DNA of 63,395 nucleotides, counting the filler, from Choristocarpus tenellus KU-1152 (lineage: Eukaryota; Protista; Phaeophyceae), in NCBI GenBank assembly GCA_964200185.2. It is 10 parts of 10 records of this genome, joined end to end, with 100 filler letters (N's around TTAATTAATTAA, not from the genome) between each part and the next. Parts side by side here need not be neighbours in the genome. Positions count along the whole stretch, not along the records: positions 52,427 to 57,930 come from CAXNAD020010592.1; positions 58,031 to 63,395 come from CAXNAD020011024.1; 8 more parts are not named here. One strand, 5' to 3'. Both the position numbers and the translations under genes were made by a program. The first letter of the stretch is position 1; the number at the start of each line of letters is the position of its first letter. The notes beneath the pieces were generated by a model, which was given only the letters and a program-made list of their open reading frames with translations, made no database searches and was not told the DNA's origin. Of this stretch, positions 52,427-63,395 are shown one piece after another.

Positions 52427-55400
52427 CCAGCCATCACTGCTGCTCTTCCTCCACTGGTGAAGAACTCCAGCCCAGTGACCCCTCTGTCCCAACTAGTGCC
52501 TTCACTGTGACCAAAACGTCCCATCCCCTTACCCTCACCTTCGTCCTTCTGCCCTGATGGCCTGTAACTTCCAAGGGGGCTAACAGGGTGTGAACGTAAA
52601 GACCACACATGAACGTCTCCATCTGCAGAGCCAGTGAGAAGCACTGACTCGGAGAGGGCGTCCACAGCCATGCTTGTGATGGCAGATGCCTTCTCGCCTT
52701 GCTCATGATGGCAAGGGAAGGATGTCTGCAATGAGACAGTACGATAGGAGCATTTGTGGGTAAATGGAGGAGAAAGTTTTCTGACTCTTAGTTGCTCAGA
52801 AGTAAGGGTCAATAAGGTTACAGCAGTGAATCTTGTGTACCCAGTGGGCAAATGTATGTATCAGCAGAGCAGCAAACAGTAGTAGAGATTGTTTTAATGG
52901 TTGGAATATGGTTGATGATGAGATTGTACCACGCTGTCCACGTATTCTCAAACTATTTCAACTAACTTGGCAAAGAGAGAGAGAGGAACCAGAAAATTGT
53001 ACAAAATATATACTTCAGTGTACTGCATATCAAGAAGACTTGAGTAAGAACTATACGCTTCACATAAACTCAGAGATGTGCGTGGACTCAAGGCAGTGAA
53101 AACAATCGAACTCTTGCCCACTCTCCTCAGCTCTCACCTTCACATTCATTTCTAGTGGAAACACCGAACCCAATTTATTAGCGTCAAACCTTGCCCTCCA
53201 GTCGCCACTCTCGCCTTCAAGTCTCCCTGTTCCCCATCCCCCATCCCCCATCCAGCACTCCCCCTTAACCTCAGCCAACCGTGCACGGGTGGGACTATTC
53301 CCAATCAGCCATACCTTGTCACAGAGTTGGGTTGCCTCCTTGTCATTGGTCGTTCCCTCCACTCCACACAAAACACTTGGTGAGTGCTTCTTGGCCTCCA
53401 AAACCGGAGATTGGGTTGAATTCAAGGGCAGAGACACCCGTGGCTTTGAAACATCAGTGGAGGGGCTATTGTCTGCAGAATAGGGACCAGGGCCAGGGGA
53501 TACTGTGAGGGTGGGCACCTGCTGCAAAGTAGACAGCCCATCCACTCCCACTGGCGCAGTCAAGGTGGAGAGGGAGGCTGAGTTAGCAGGAGGGGGCTGA
53601 GGGCTTGGTAGACGGTTCACAAGCCATGCCCCTATAGCCCCTGGCAGAGATGGCCACACTATCGACCATTGATGCAATGAGGGTGGGAGCACAGACTTAC
53701 TTTTGCTGCTATGGATGCTGCCGCTTTCCTCCCCTGTCTCTGTTGCACCTGGTGTCTTCTGCCCAGAGCAAAGATGACCTTCCTGTCCTTTTGGTACCAT
53801 CTGGGGGTGAGATTGACCAATGCTACTTGTTTCCTTGAGCACCTCTCTGGTATCACATGCGCTAACACTGACCTTGACTTTGAGATCCAGGTCTGTAGGG
53901 GAAGAAGAGTGCTGGCTTGGTATGAGCTGTGTCAGCTTCAGCTTTGGGCCTTGTAGGCATTTCTCCACACCATCCCTACTTGTAGGTTTGATGCCCTCTA
54001 CAAAGTTGTCTTCACTATCACAACTGGGTACTTCTTCAACCTTCTCCTTTAAGTTTTTGTCTTGATCCCATCTCTTTCCCACTCTATCCTGCACTCCCTC
54101 TCCCACCCACCCACCCGACTCCCCTGCCCCCTGCCCATCGCCCCCGTCCTTTCTAGGTTCAGTGTTTGATTGCGCCGGCAGGTCAATGCAGTCTGCCTTG
54201 GCAATGGTGCTGACAGTGACTACATCACCACAGTGTGTAGGGTTGGGGTCTTTGCTGAGCCAAGATAAGAGCCGTCGGGATTCAGGTGGGATGGTACTAC
54301 ACACTGCTTCCAACCTGTCGAGACCAGAACATGAACAAGCAAAAGAAGGGGCACTGGGCATTTAGAGGATTCCACTAAGGTTGTCCACACAAGCACAACT
54401 TGCAAACATGCAAACACCTTAAGCTCAATGGCACTCTGGATGCGCAGATGACACATTGAAGTCTGTTCATTCCATTGAGTGATCACATGCACACATGAAG
54501 CCCATGTGCACATCTGAGTCTGCGCCAAAAGTACTGCATGCACAGTTCAAACACATGCCTACATTCAAGTATCAATGCCCACTTCCTAACCCTAACTTTA
54601 TTAGCGTACCCAAACAGTGAGGCCAGGGGGCTGAACAACTCTCGGGCCAGTCGTAGTGCCGCCACCATGGTTGGGCTGGAGAAGACCAATCTGAATGAGT
54701 TCCAGAATCCGCAATAGCATGGAAACACGGAAAAAAATGGCATAGGCCATCTTGTGAAGTAAGTAAGCAAGCCATGCAAGTAAAAAACACTTGAAAAAAA
54801 ATCGAACCACTATCTAGAGCCAAGATAACATCTATCACATGCAACAATAGCCCCTACACAACTATAGACCCCCACAACCCACATGACCTCTCTAAGTCAC
54901 CTTTAACCTCTCCAACAGATCCTTGTTTACCCACCACACCAAACCCACTCCCGCTCCCATCACTAACCAAGAGGCATTGATAAGGTTATGGCAGTTTGGT
55001 CGGCCAACTGACAAAATTTCAAGTTGATTATTAACAGTATAATAGGAATACATCACATCCTCAAACAATATCACCAAGCTCTAAATCACGGTATCATCCC
55101 ACCTCCCATCAGTCCTTTTTCAAACTCCAAATCCCAATTTGCCTCCATTCTTCCAGCAGGCAAGGAAAAAACCCTAACCCCAACCTGTTTCTTCTAAGCG
55201 CACAATCAACAACCCCCACAATACTCCAAAAATACCACTTCCACCTCTTCCCTACTTTCCTTTGCCCCATTTCATTCCAACTACTCCTTCCTCCACATCC
55301 CCACTTACCCTCCATAAGCACGATTAAATGAATCAAAGAACTCCTCCGCAACCTTCAGAAATATACTATCTACTCCCACACCCCAGCTCCCTTCAGTAAT

Positions 55401-57113
55401 GTTGCCACTGTGGACCACGCTCCCATCTGTCAAGTCCGGATGATCTTCTAGAGTACTGATGTGCATGGCAGTGAGGGCGAGCAGTCTCACAACCTCCATG
55501 TGGCATATAAAGCGTCCGCACATGAGACCCCCTTCTCCAGCCTCATCCCTGGAAAGAGGTGCCGGTTGATCCCCTTCTCCTTCTCCTTCCCCTTCCCCTC
55601 CATGTCTGTCTATTTCATCTTCTGTCACTGAAATTCCTATCACATCACCAACCTCCTCCATCCCAACAACAGAGTCATCAACTCCCTTCAAACCTTCAAA
55701 GCCCTTGAGCGCATCCTCCCACTGCGCCCCCTGATTATTGACATTCACCAAATTGCCTTCTCCACCCTCCTCAAGGATATCTTCATCCTCATTGACCATC
55801 GGTCTACCCTTCACATCCTCATCTCCTTCGACAATATTCTCCACATCAGCCTCTGCCCCCTCCCCCTGTCTAGTAATATCCCTGCTACTATCATCCCAGT
55901 CTTTTCTACGGCTCTTATCAGCCGACCAAGGAAGATCCACTCCTGGAACAGGCTCAGGTAGTGGCATAGACAACAGCAACCACGGGATGCTGGAAATTTC
56001 CTTAAATCTCATCTCTCGCCCCTCCTTTGCCAGCCCACCACAAATCTCATCCCCATCACCTGGAACCTCCTCCTTTCTCTCCCCCAAAGCACTGTGCCCC
56101 TCCCCATCAACGTTTCGATTTTGAGTCGGGAGACGTCTTCGCCCAGCGTAGAAAGCTTCAAGTGTTCGAGGGGAGAGAGTCTTCAGCAGACTTCGCAGTA
56201 GGAATGTTATCTCCAGGACAACCCTTTTTACAGCACCAGGGGAGAGGTTCCAGTGAAAGGGAAGATCCGAGGAGGGAAGGAAGATATGGTTTGGGTTGGT
56301 ACTGGTGGTGAGGTGTGTGTGAGTTGGGGTGAGAAAGATGATGGTGGGAGTGGTAGAGGAAGGCAGGTATAGGATGTTGGCGGCGATAAACCTCACATGA
56401 GCTATATTTTGCCCTTGGCACAGCTCCCAATACACGGACAAGGAACAAACACATTTGAAAAAAAAAAATCAAAAAAGCGCAGGCGCAGGGCTTGCTTTAA
56501 AGTGCAATTTCAAACACAGAAGGAAGTAGAGGGGGGTGATGGATAAAAATAAAGACAGGAATATAACCTACACATCAATAAGTTTCCGCAACCCTTACCA
56601 AAACAAAACAAAACAAAATTGTAGTAGTACAAGCAGTTTCACTTATACTTGCACAAAAACAAGGGGATACAATAATCGTTCCAAGCAGAAAAAAATAACA
56701 AACAAAAAAACGCTCAGCAGGATAGCGCACACTCATGTACTGTTTAGAATCTCGGATGCTCAAAACACCTTGCTCACACATCTTCAGGTGGCATTCAGCC
56801 CATACCCCAAACTAAAAAAAAAAAAAACACCTGCACAGGTTAGCCTCCTGAAAATACTGGTGGAAGATATCATCAGTGATAGGGTGTATGTGACGAAGGC
56901 ATGGGGACACTTCCCCAGTCAAGTGGGGGAAGGGGTGAGCAAGAGACTGCTATGCCCTCAGGATGTGGCAATGGCAAGAAAAAGCACTCACCGGAAGCCC
57001 AGCACAGTAGCCCCCGGCCCACCCCGCTGCGCCAAGACAGGCTGTAGGATTGGAAGGGCATGATCGAACACTCCTTCTAGAACTAGTGGCACGATAACCT
57101 CCTCTCTTCCAAC
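52427..57113 (-). CDS. Large WD40-repeat protein, probably WDR81/GFS12-like (internal, C-terminal-side part)
   Basis: Minus-strand exons 57113-56992, 56223-55309, 54690-54610, 54314-53138 and 52725-contig edge are phase-compatible. WD repeat FPCHHEQGEKASAITSMAVDALSESVLLTGSADGDVHVWSL. LVFSS...LARELFSPLASLFGLEAVCSTIP resembles the pre-WD helix of WDR81. The BEACH domain is not on this contig, so family identity is inference. Confidence 0.7.
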
Positions 57114-58299
57114 CTGTCTTGGAGAAATGTATAGTCAGAGTGGAGAAGAGGGGTTTAAGCCAACTAGGGCATATTGCTCATCATCTTGATGTCATGCTAC
57201 CTGTTCTTAGACTCTTTCTGACAGAGTAAGGTACACCTTGTAGAGCAAAAGAGTGTGCTGTGAGACATTTCTGGGTCAAATCTCTGAGTATGTGCCAGTG
57301 ACCGTAAGAGTATGAATATGTTTCCCAAACTACTCTCTTTTTTTTTTAATCACCGTTGCACGCAATACATTTTAGTTACTTTGGTAGAGGCGTGATGGTA
57401 CACGAGGATTAGCGAAAATGTCCACGATTCAAAGTAATCAATTCTCACCCTCGTCAATAAACACACTAATCAATTCTCACTGTTGATGTTGCACAGCTTT
57501 GACTAACAGACACGAAATTGCATTTGGAGACGTAGAGAGTTGAGAGAGTTTGGGAGTTTGCTATTCGGAAACGGAAATGCGCTCAAGGTCTTGCAATATC
57601 AAGAACACACAAGTGCATATACAAATACATGCATGTGCACATACAAAACACACACAACTTTGTCATGCACAACCACATGTGCTGGGCTAAGGCAAGGCAC
57701 TGCAGTAGGGTTAACATGAGCCATAGACCTCCAAACGAACCAGATAAATCCTTTCGCCAGTCATAGACCTATGATACATACGGGGGAGGAGGGCACCACT
57801 ATATTCATATCCTTGGCACCTTCAACAACATTGAACGTGAACGTTCCCCCCCCCCCCCCCCCCCCCCCCCACCCCCTCCCTCCCCCCCTTCCCCCTCGCA
57901 CCCTCCCTCACCCCACTACTCCCGTTCCACNNNNNNNNNNNNNNNNNNNNNNNNNNNNNNNNNNNNNNNNNNNNTTAATTAATTAANNNNNNNNNNNNNN
58001 NNNNNNNNNNNNNNNNNNNNNNNNNNNNNNCCCCCCCCCCAAGATACTTTGACCCTCCCATATATCACATTTTTCAGATGTGGCAGGGAAAAATCAAAAC
58101 ATAACCTACATCACAAGGACTACTGTAATATAACAGTTGTCGTCAATGTTAAGATATCTCCCAAAAATATGCACTACTACTGAAAAGCTAATAAATACAA
58201 CAATGCCCCCTTAAAAGTTGTTACAAAGTAAATGTGTACACTGCTATGCTTCTAACCTAGATTAGCCACATGAAGGTTGGTGAGGAGGTAAGGAAGTAT

Positions 58300-59060
58300 C
58301 CCAAGAATCTGTCAGGTCCCTATTGTCTCTAGCTTGAAACGTATGACACGTCTCAAGATAGCCATTTGTGCAGTAGGGCATACTACGTGTGTCAAACTAG
58401 ACTTCACAGCCCCTTTACTGCAATACTTCCAGTCATCTCCCCCCCACTACGTGGATGCCCAACTCATCCAGGAAAATATCTGCTTGCTTATCAAGGCGCC
58501 CAAAACTTTCCTCCATGAAGGTGCTGAGATTAAAACTACGAGGGTTAAAAGATCCCTCGTAGTGGGTGCACTCTCTCGACTCGGCTGCAGCAGCAGCTAC
58601 ACTGTTGTTGCTGGTGGATGGGTGTAGTAAATGACAGGCTACTTTGACCTCTGAAAAACATCTAGAAGTAGGCCTTCGTCCTGGTGGGGAGCTGAGCCAG
58701 CGTCTGAAAGTGCCCCAGCATGGGAGACTCAAAGTATCTGAGGGGGGGTGGCGACTGTCCATTTGGGGCCAATTTTTTCATGTCGCGATTTTTGTGTGTT
58801 TTGGTTGCATACGGCGGATGGATAATACAAGTGCACTTTTCCTGGTTATGGGCCAAATGGACACCCTGGTATAGACCCCTTCCCCCCCACAGATACTTTG
58901 GGTCGAACGCCATATCCATGCGGAAGTTCCTGTCTACTGTAAACGGGCTGCCATCCTCCATCGTCCAAGGGATGCCCACTCCCCCTCAGAGTTGACCTCG
59001 TCGCTTCGCCATAGAGGCGTGGGGTTTGTTATTCCTGCCCAGACTACCCAGCCTCAACTA
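58300..59060 (-). mobile_element. CRE-like non-LTR retrotransposon 3' remnant, interrupted by MITE A
   Basis: GIPWTMEDGSPFTVDRNFRMDMAF [MITE] ... SVAAAAAESRECTHYEGSFNPRSFNLSTFMEESFGRLDKQADIFLDELGIHVVGG; homologous to 40770-41340. Confidence 0.6.
58726..58904 (-). mobile_element. MITE family A, complete inverted copy (no TSD visible)
   Basis: gactcaaagtatctgaggggggg ... cagatactttgggtc. Confidence 0.85.
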
Positions 59061-59546
59061 ATAGCCCTCGCCGAATCCTCCGTCTATATTGTTATGCCCT
59101 CTTATATTTTGGAGATGTGTCCAGAGGAGGGGGACACAGAAATCCAAACTACTTAATGAGAGGAACTGGTGTGGATACAATCATTGTTGGGATACCTCTA
59201 TAAATAATGTACTTATTTGGAAAGTAACGATACATCCCCTGGAGATTAATTGTTCTTACTACTAATGTGCACCATCCTATTCATCCAACCCAACCCTACG
59301 AAGGTGGGCGAGGATCTAACGAAGTATCCCAAAGAATCTGTCAGGTTCTTTCTTACCTATGTCTTTACGTGTGTTGCTTTATGTACAGTTAGTGGGAATC
59401 TCTGATCTCCCCATGAAATCGGTCTGATTTTGGCTTTTTGGGGTTTATGTACATAACTTATACAACTACAAACCCAAAAATCTCAACTCAATTCAAATTT
59501 TGTGATTCACACAAAATTGAGATTGTTGCCCCTATGAAGCGCAGCC

Positions 59547-62386
59547 ATGGGTGAGCGAAGTATAAAGGCTATTGATAAGACCTCAGTAGCGCGGATATGC
59601 TCTGGGCAGGTTATTACAGACCTGGCAACGGCAGTGAAGGAGCTTGTCGAAAATTCCATTGTGCGTGGAGTCAAACTCCCTTTTTCACCTCTCCTACTGC
59701 AACCGCCTACACAAGGGCATCAATAGGAAAGCCTAAACACCTACAAATCCCTAAACCTTGCGGGCCTGCAATTAAAGCATTCACTTAGATAAGCAATGCC
59801 GAGCCCTTAATGGAATACAGTGGTTGGGCTGGGACTGTGTACAACCAGCTCGCCTCGCAGCCCCATACCATAATCACAGCCTGAAGTCCAAGTTGTGACT
59901 GTGTCTTATCTCCTTTCATCATATTCTTCGGCTGCGCTCGCTTGCTTCGTCCGTACATGCTCTCTGTGAACTGCATGGTGGTCTGGGTTATTGAAATGAC
60001 AATTTTGTCTAGCATGCCCCTGCTTCAGATTAAGTTCAGTGATCGCAATCGGTTACCAGGGGGCAGTAGCTGGAGACTTCTCTCCTGTAGACTATTTTCC
60101 AGCTGAGGGTATATAAAATTTTCTAGCTGATTTTTGCTGCGCGATTTACGTTGCCGCCTTTTGTCAAGATCTCCCTCACATATAATCACCAACCCTGCTT
60201 ATCGCAACTCTTTCCTTCCATCCCGCTTCACAGCTATCTTTTTGTCTACTTGAACGTTTTCTCCTACAACACACCACTCTTCCCTACAAACTTGGCCCCT
60301 GAATACATTACACTCTGCCCTACTCCCTTATTATGCTTCTTGACCAAACCAGTCTGAGCACTATTTGCAGATAAATGTTTTGCTCAAGTTTTCTGATTGA
60401 CTTGTTTCATGAGACCAGATGCCAACTGTATTTTATTTTTCGAGAGTCCATGTATGGAGTATTGGATTGCTGTTGGCGCTTCAAAGCACTAGCATAGTAG
60501 CACAAGATTCGCTCATCTGACCTAATGTGTTTTTTGTGTATGCTTTTTCGTTCTCATTTCTCAGGATGCCGGGGCCAAGCACGTGGAGGTCAAACTTAAG
60601 GACTTTGGGTTGGACATGATTGAGGTCTCTGATAATGGTTGTGGAGTATCTCCAGGCAATCATGAGGGATTAGTATTGAAGTATCACACATCAAAGCTAT
60701 CCAGCTTCTCTGACCTTGCCCGGGTGACATCGTTTGGTTTTCGGGGTGAAGCCCTTAGTTCCCTCTGTGAACTAACTGCTGACTTCTTTGTCACAACAAG
60801 GACTGCTGATCAGACTGTTGGAGTCAAGCTAGCCTATGGACGAGATGGCAAGCTCCTAAACAAGGTTGGTATGAAACTGTTGCACCCATCGCTTTTGTCT
60901 GGTATGTTTGATAGTGATGGTGTGATATGACACACCCTCTTCACTGACAAAGTAGGAGTAGCTAGCAGGTATTACTTTCCTTGGTGGGGTAACGTTAACT
61001 TGGGGTAGTATGGGTAGTGTACAGTGATGGACCTTGTTTTCGAGCTCAGCACTGTACCCTTTGCTTGTAATTGCTTGTGTTTTAGTCCTATGTTATTGTT
61101 CATATCAAAAAGACGAGCCACAATGGTAGTGTTGTGTATTGTCACACTTCAATTGGCTTCAGTTCGATTAATTGGAGTAACCAAATAACTGATTTTAAAT
61201 ATTTTTCTTCTTATAAGTATATATATGTGTGATGACTGGGTGTGTCCAAGCTCACAGGAGAGCTAAAGTTTTTTCACAAGATGTCACTACCCACGGCTCA
61301 CTACACATTTCACTGTTCATGACTGCAGACCTGGATGCTGAGACCTGTGGAGGCTTTGGAATTTTTTACTCACAGTGGCATATACCTCTCGGCAACAAAC
61401 CTGCATATTACGCACATCTCCTAATGCGCTGAAAACTCAGTTCAATTCAGTAAAGATGGAATTGTTTTTTTCTCTAGGCGATTTTATTGTAGTTGTAACT
61501 TTTTTCTGGTTCATGGCACTACAAAATAGTGAGCATGACCGAGTATGACAAAGGTCAAAGATAGGCCATGAACAGCATTGATAGATTGCATCATTTGGGC
61601 TCTACAGTTAGCTGCTTTGATCTGTTTGACTTATTCCACCAACTTGTGATGATTTCTGTCTTTGACTGTTTGTTCTGGCTGCTGCCAGAGTACTGCTCCA
61701 AGGCAGGTTGGGACCACTGTAAGCATTGCTAAACTGTTTGAGCCTCTGCCAGTGCGACGAGGGGAGTTCAAGCGAAATATCAAAAAACAGTTCAACAAGC
61801 TCCTGCGTGCAATGCAGGCTTATGCTCTTATTAGCCTTGGAATCAGAATTACGGTCACCAATGTGAAATCCAAGGGAGGAAAGCAGACTCTTATTGGTAC
61901 ACAGGTCAGGGCACCCCTTGCTGCAATTATCCCTTGTTGGGGTGATTGCTTATGGGCTGAGGTAGTTGTAGTACAAGGTGATGCTAATCTTTACATGCTG
62001 AGGCTGATGTTGTGCTTGATATCTATTATGATTATGACTGCCGCCATGTCTCTCAATCTTCCTTATGTTTTTTCAACTTATTACAGTATAACAACAAACT
62101 TGGGGACAATGTGACCAATGTCTTTGGAGCCAAATTCCTGTCAACATTAGTGGCCGTGGAGGTGTGTATCAACAAAGACAGTGGAGAGGATGTCATGCTT
62201 GACCAGGAAAGTGGGAGTGATGGTGTTGTGACTGATGCAGCTGGCAATGCGCAGGTGCCACAGGTGGAAGGAGGAACAAAGCGAAGCATATGGGGGATGG
62301 TTTCCAAAGCGGGAGAAGGCGTTGGTCGTTCGGATAATGACCGACAGTTTCTCTATCTCAATGGTAGACCGGTGGACCTGCCCAAG
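59547..62386 (+). CDS. PMS2: DNA mismatch repair MutL homologue PMS2 (plant/yeast PMS1), first four exons
   Basis: Exons 59547-59660, 60565-60864, 61689-61904 and 62087-62386, all phase 0. [33 protein letters not shown]|[35 protein letters not shown]...LFEPLPVRR and [18 protein letters not shown]. The gene continues beyond the window. Confidence 0.95.
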
Positions 62387-62539
62387 GTAAGATTAATTTG
62401 GCACATGCACTTGCTTGCTCATCCACCACAACATTGTGCCTCCAGCGAGTTTTCACACTCATGTCCTGTTTCAATAGGTGAATGAACATTGTGGCAATGT
62501 TGGCAAGGCTGACTTGGTTGGTGGATGGAATATTTAATG

Positions 62540-63395
62540 CTCCCTCCATTCGGAATTAAGTGTAGCATAACTTTTGCAAGCTCTAGACACTACTCAGTTT
62601 TTGCCTGCGAACAACCCATGTGATACACCCTCTAGACAAGGCTTAGTTCTCATATAGATTTGAAGGTGTGCAAATTTTGAGATGGTGGGCTGCCATTACT
62701 GTGGAGGATCACCAGTGCAAGGTCGACCAAGTCACATTTGACGGGGTTCAAAACCTTGTGTAACTGTCAAAGTGGGTGTTTATTGGGATGTCTATGATGA
62801 AGGCTCCTCGTTGTTCGAGTGGCTCGCTCATCCTGTGATTGTCTGTTGGTCCCAATTCTTCGACACAGAAGTCTGTCCAGGGTCAGGACTCAAATACCCT
62901 GATGAACAGCTAGGTGGTGCAATACCTAGCAGCGAGAGGGCACAAAACTTAGATACGTTGGGGGATGGCAGCGGCTATTGTGGAGGACTTCATAATTTAC
63001 TGAATGACCATGTTCTGTCATCTGAAGGAGGATGACAGCCAGATCGCCCAGGGTGAATGCATGGACCTTGTATGGAATTACAAGGAGCAATGTGGGCACT
63101 ATACAAGTATCCTCGACGTTTGGGATGTCCCACTGGCACACTACTCATGGTACACTGCTCATCCTTTTGCAAGTGGTTGGCGAAAGCTGGGGTCTCCCTT
63201 GCCTCGTTGTGGGAACTGTGCAGGCGCAAGAAGGTGAAGAATACCAAGCGGTGGATTGAGCCAGTCCTCTCAGACCAGTAGAAAGTCAACAGGGTGGGTT
63301 TCATCATCAGGCACACGCACAGGAGGGGGAGGAGTGGGGTATTAGTGAATGATCTGTATGACTGGGTAAATATGGACGAGAAGTGGTTTTACATC
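62540..63395 (+). mobile_element. Plant-type mariner 5' part in a PMS2 intron (degenerate)
   Basis: Left TIR ctccctccattcggaattaagtg at 62540; homology to 34753-35000; translation ends ...IEPVLSDQ*KVNRVGF...LYDWVNMDEKWFYI, the first catalytic D motif (DEKWF). Confidence 0.85.

Noticed and set aside
1-63395. Apparent cluster of chaperone, TTLL, PRMT1, TSEN34, BolA, WD40 and PMS2 genes
   Set aside because: They sit on separate contigs joined artificially; only the TTLL/coiled-coil and TSEN34/BolA pairs are true neighbours.

Overview
Eukaryotic, intron-rich genomic DNA, not prokaryotic. The window is ten unrelated contigs joined by nine artificial 100-nt spacers (N44-TTAATTAATTAA-N44), so adjacency across spacers means nothing. 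Gene content, TTAGGG tracts and the transposon types suggest a stramenopile, probably a brown alga or close relative (inference). Spliced genes rebuilt by hand from splice sites and frame continuity: an Hsp110-type C-terminus fused to a TPR domain (partial); a TTLL4-like tubulin glutamylase (partial, two GC-AG introns) head-to-head with a coiled-coil gene; the 3' end of PRMT1; TSEN34 head-to-head with BolA; a WDR81-like WD40 protein (partial); the 5' end of PMS2; and one orphan last exon. The rest is mostly decayed mobile DNA: Ty1/copia remnants, CRE-like non-LTR remnants, plant-type mariner transposase remnants with a matching Stowaway-like MITE, and two abundant related MITE families (about 180 and 260 bp). 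Best leads: (1) the two-family MITE system with shared termini, a shared subterminal motif, 4-bp TSDs and repeated nesting; (2) CpG decay in repeats versus CpG-rich bidirectional promoters, implying DNA methylation; (3) the mariner-MITE partnership; (4) the Hsp110-TPR fusion. I found no CRISPR array, RNA gene or clearly novel multi-gene system.
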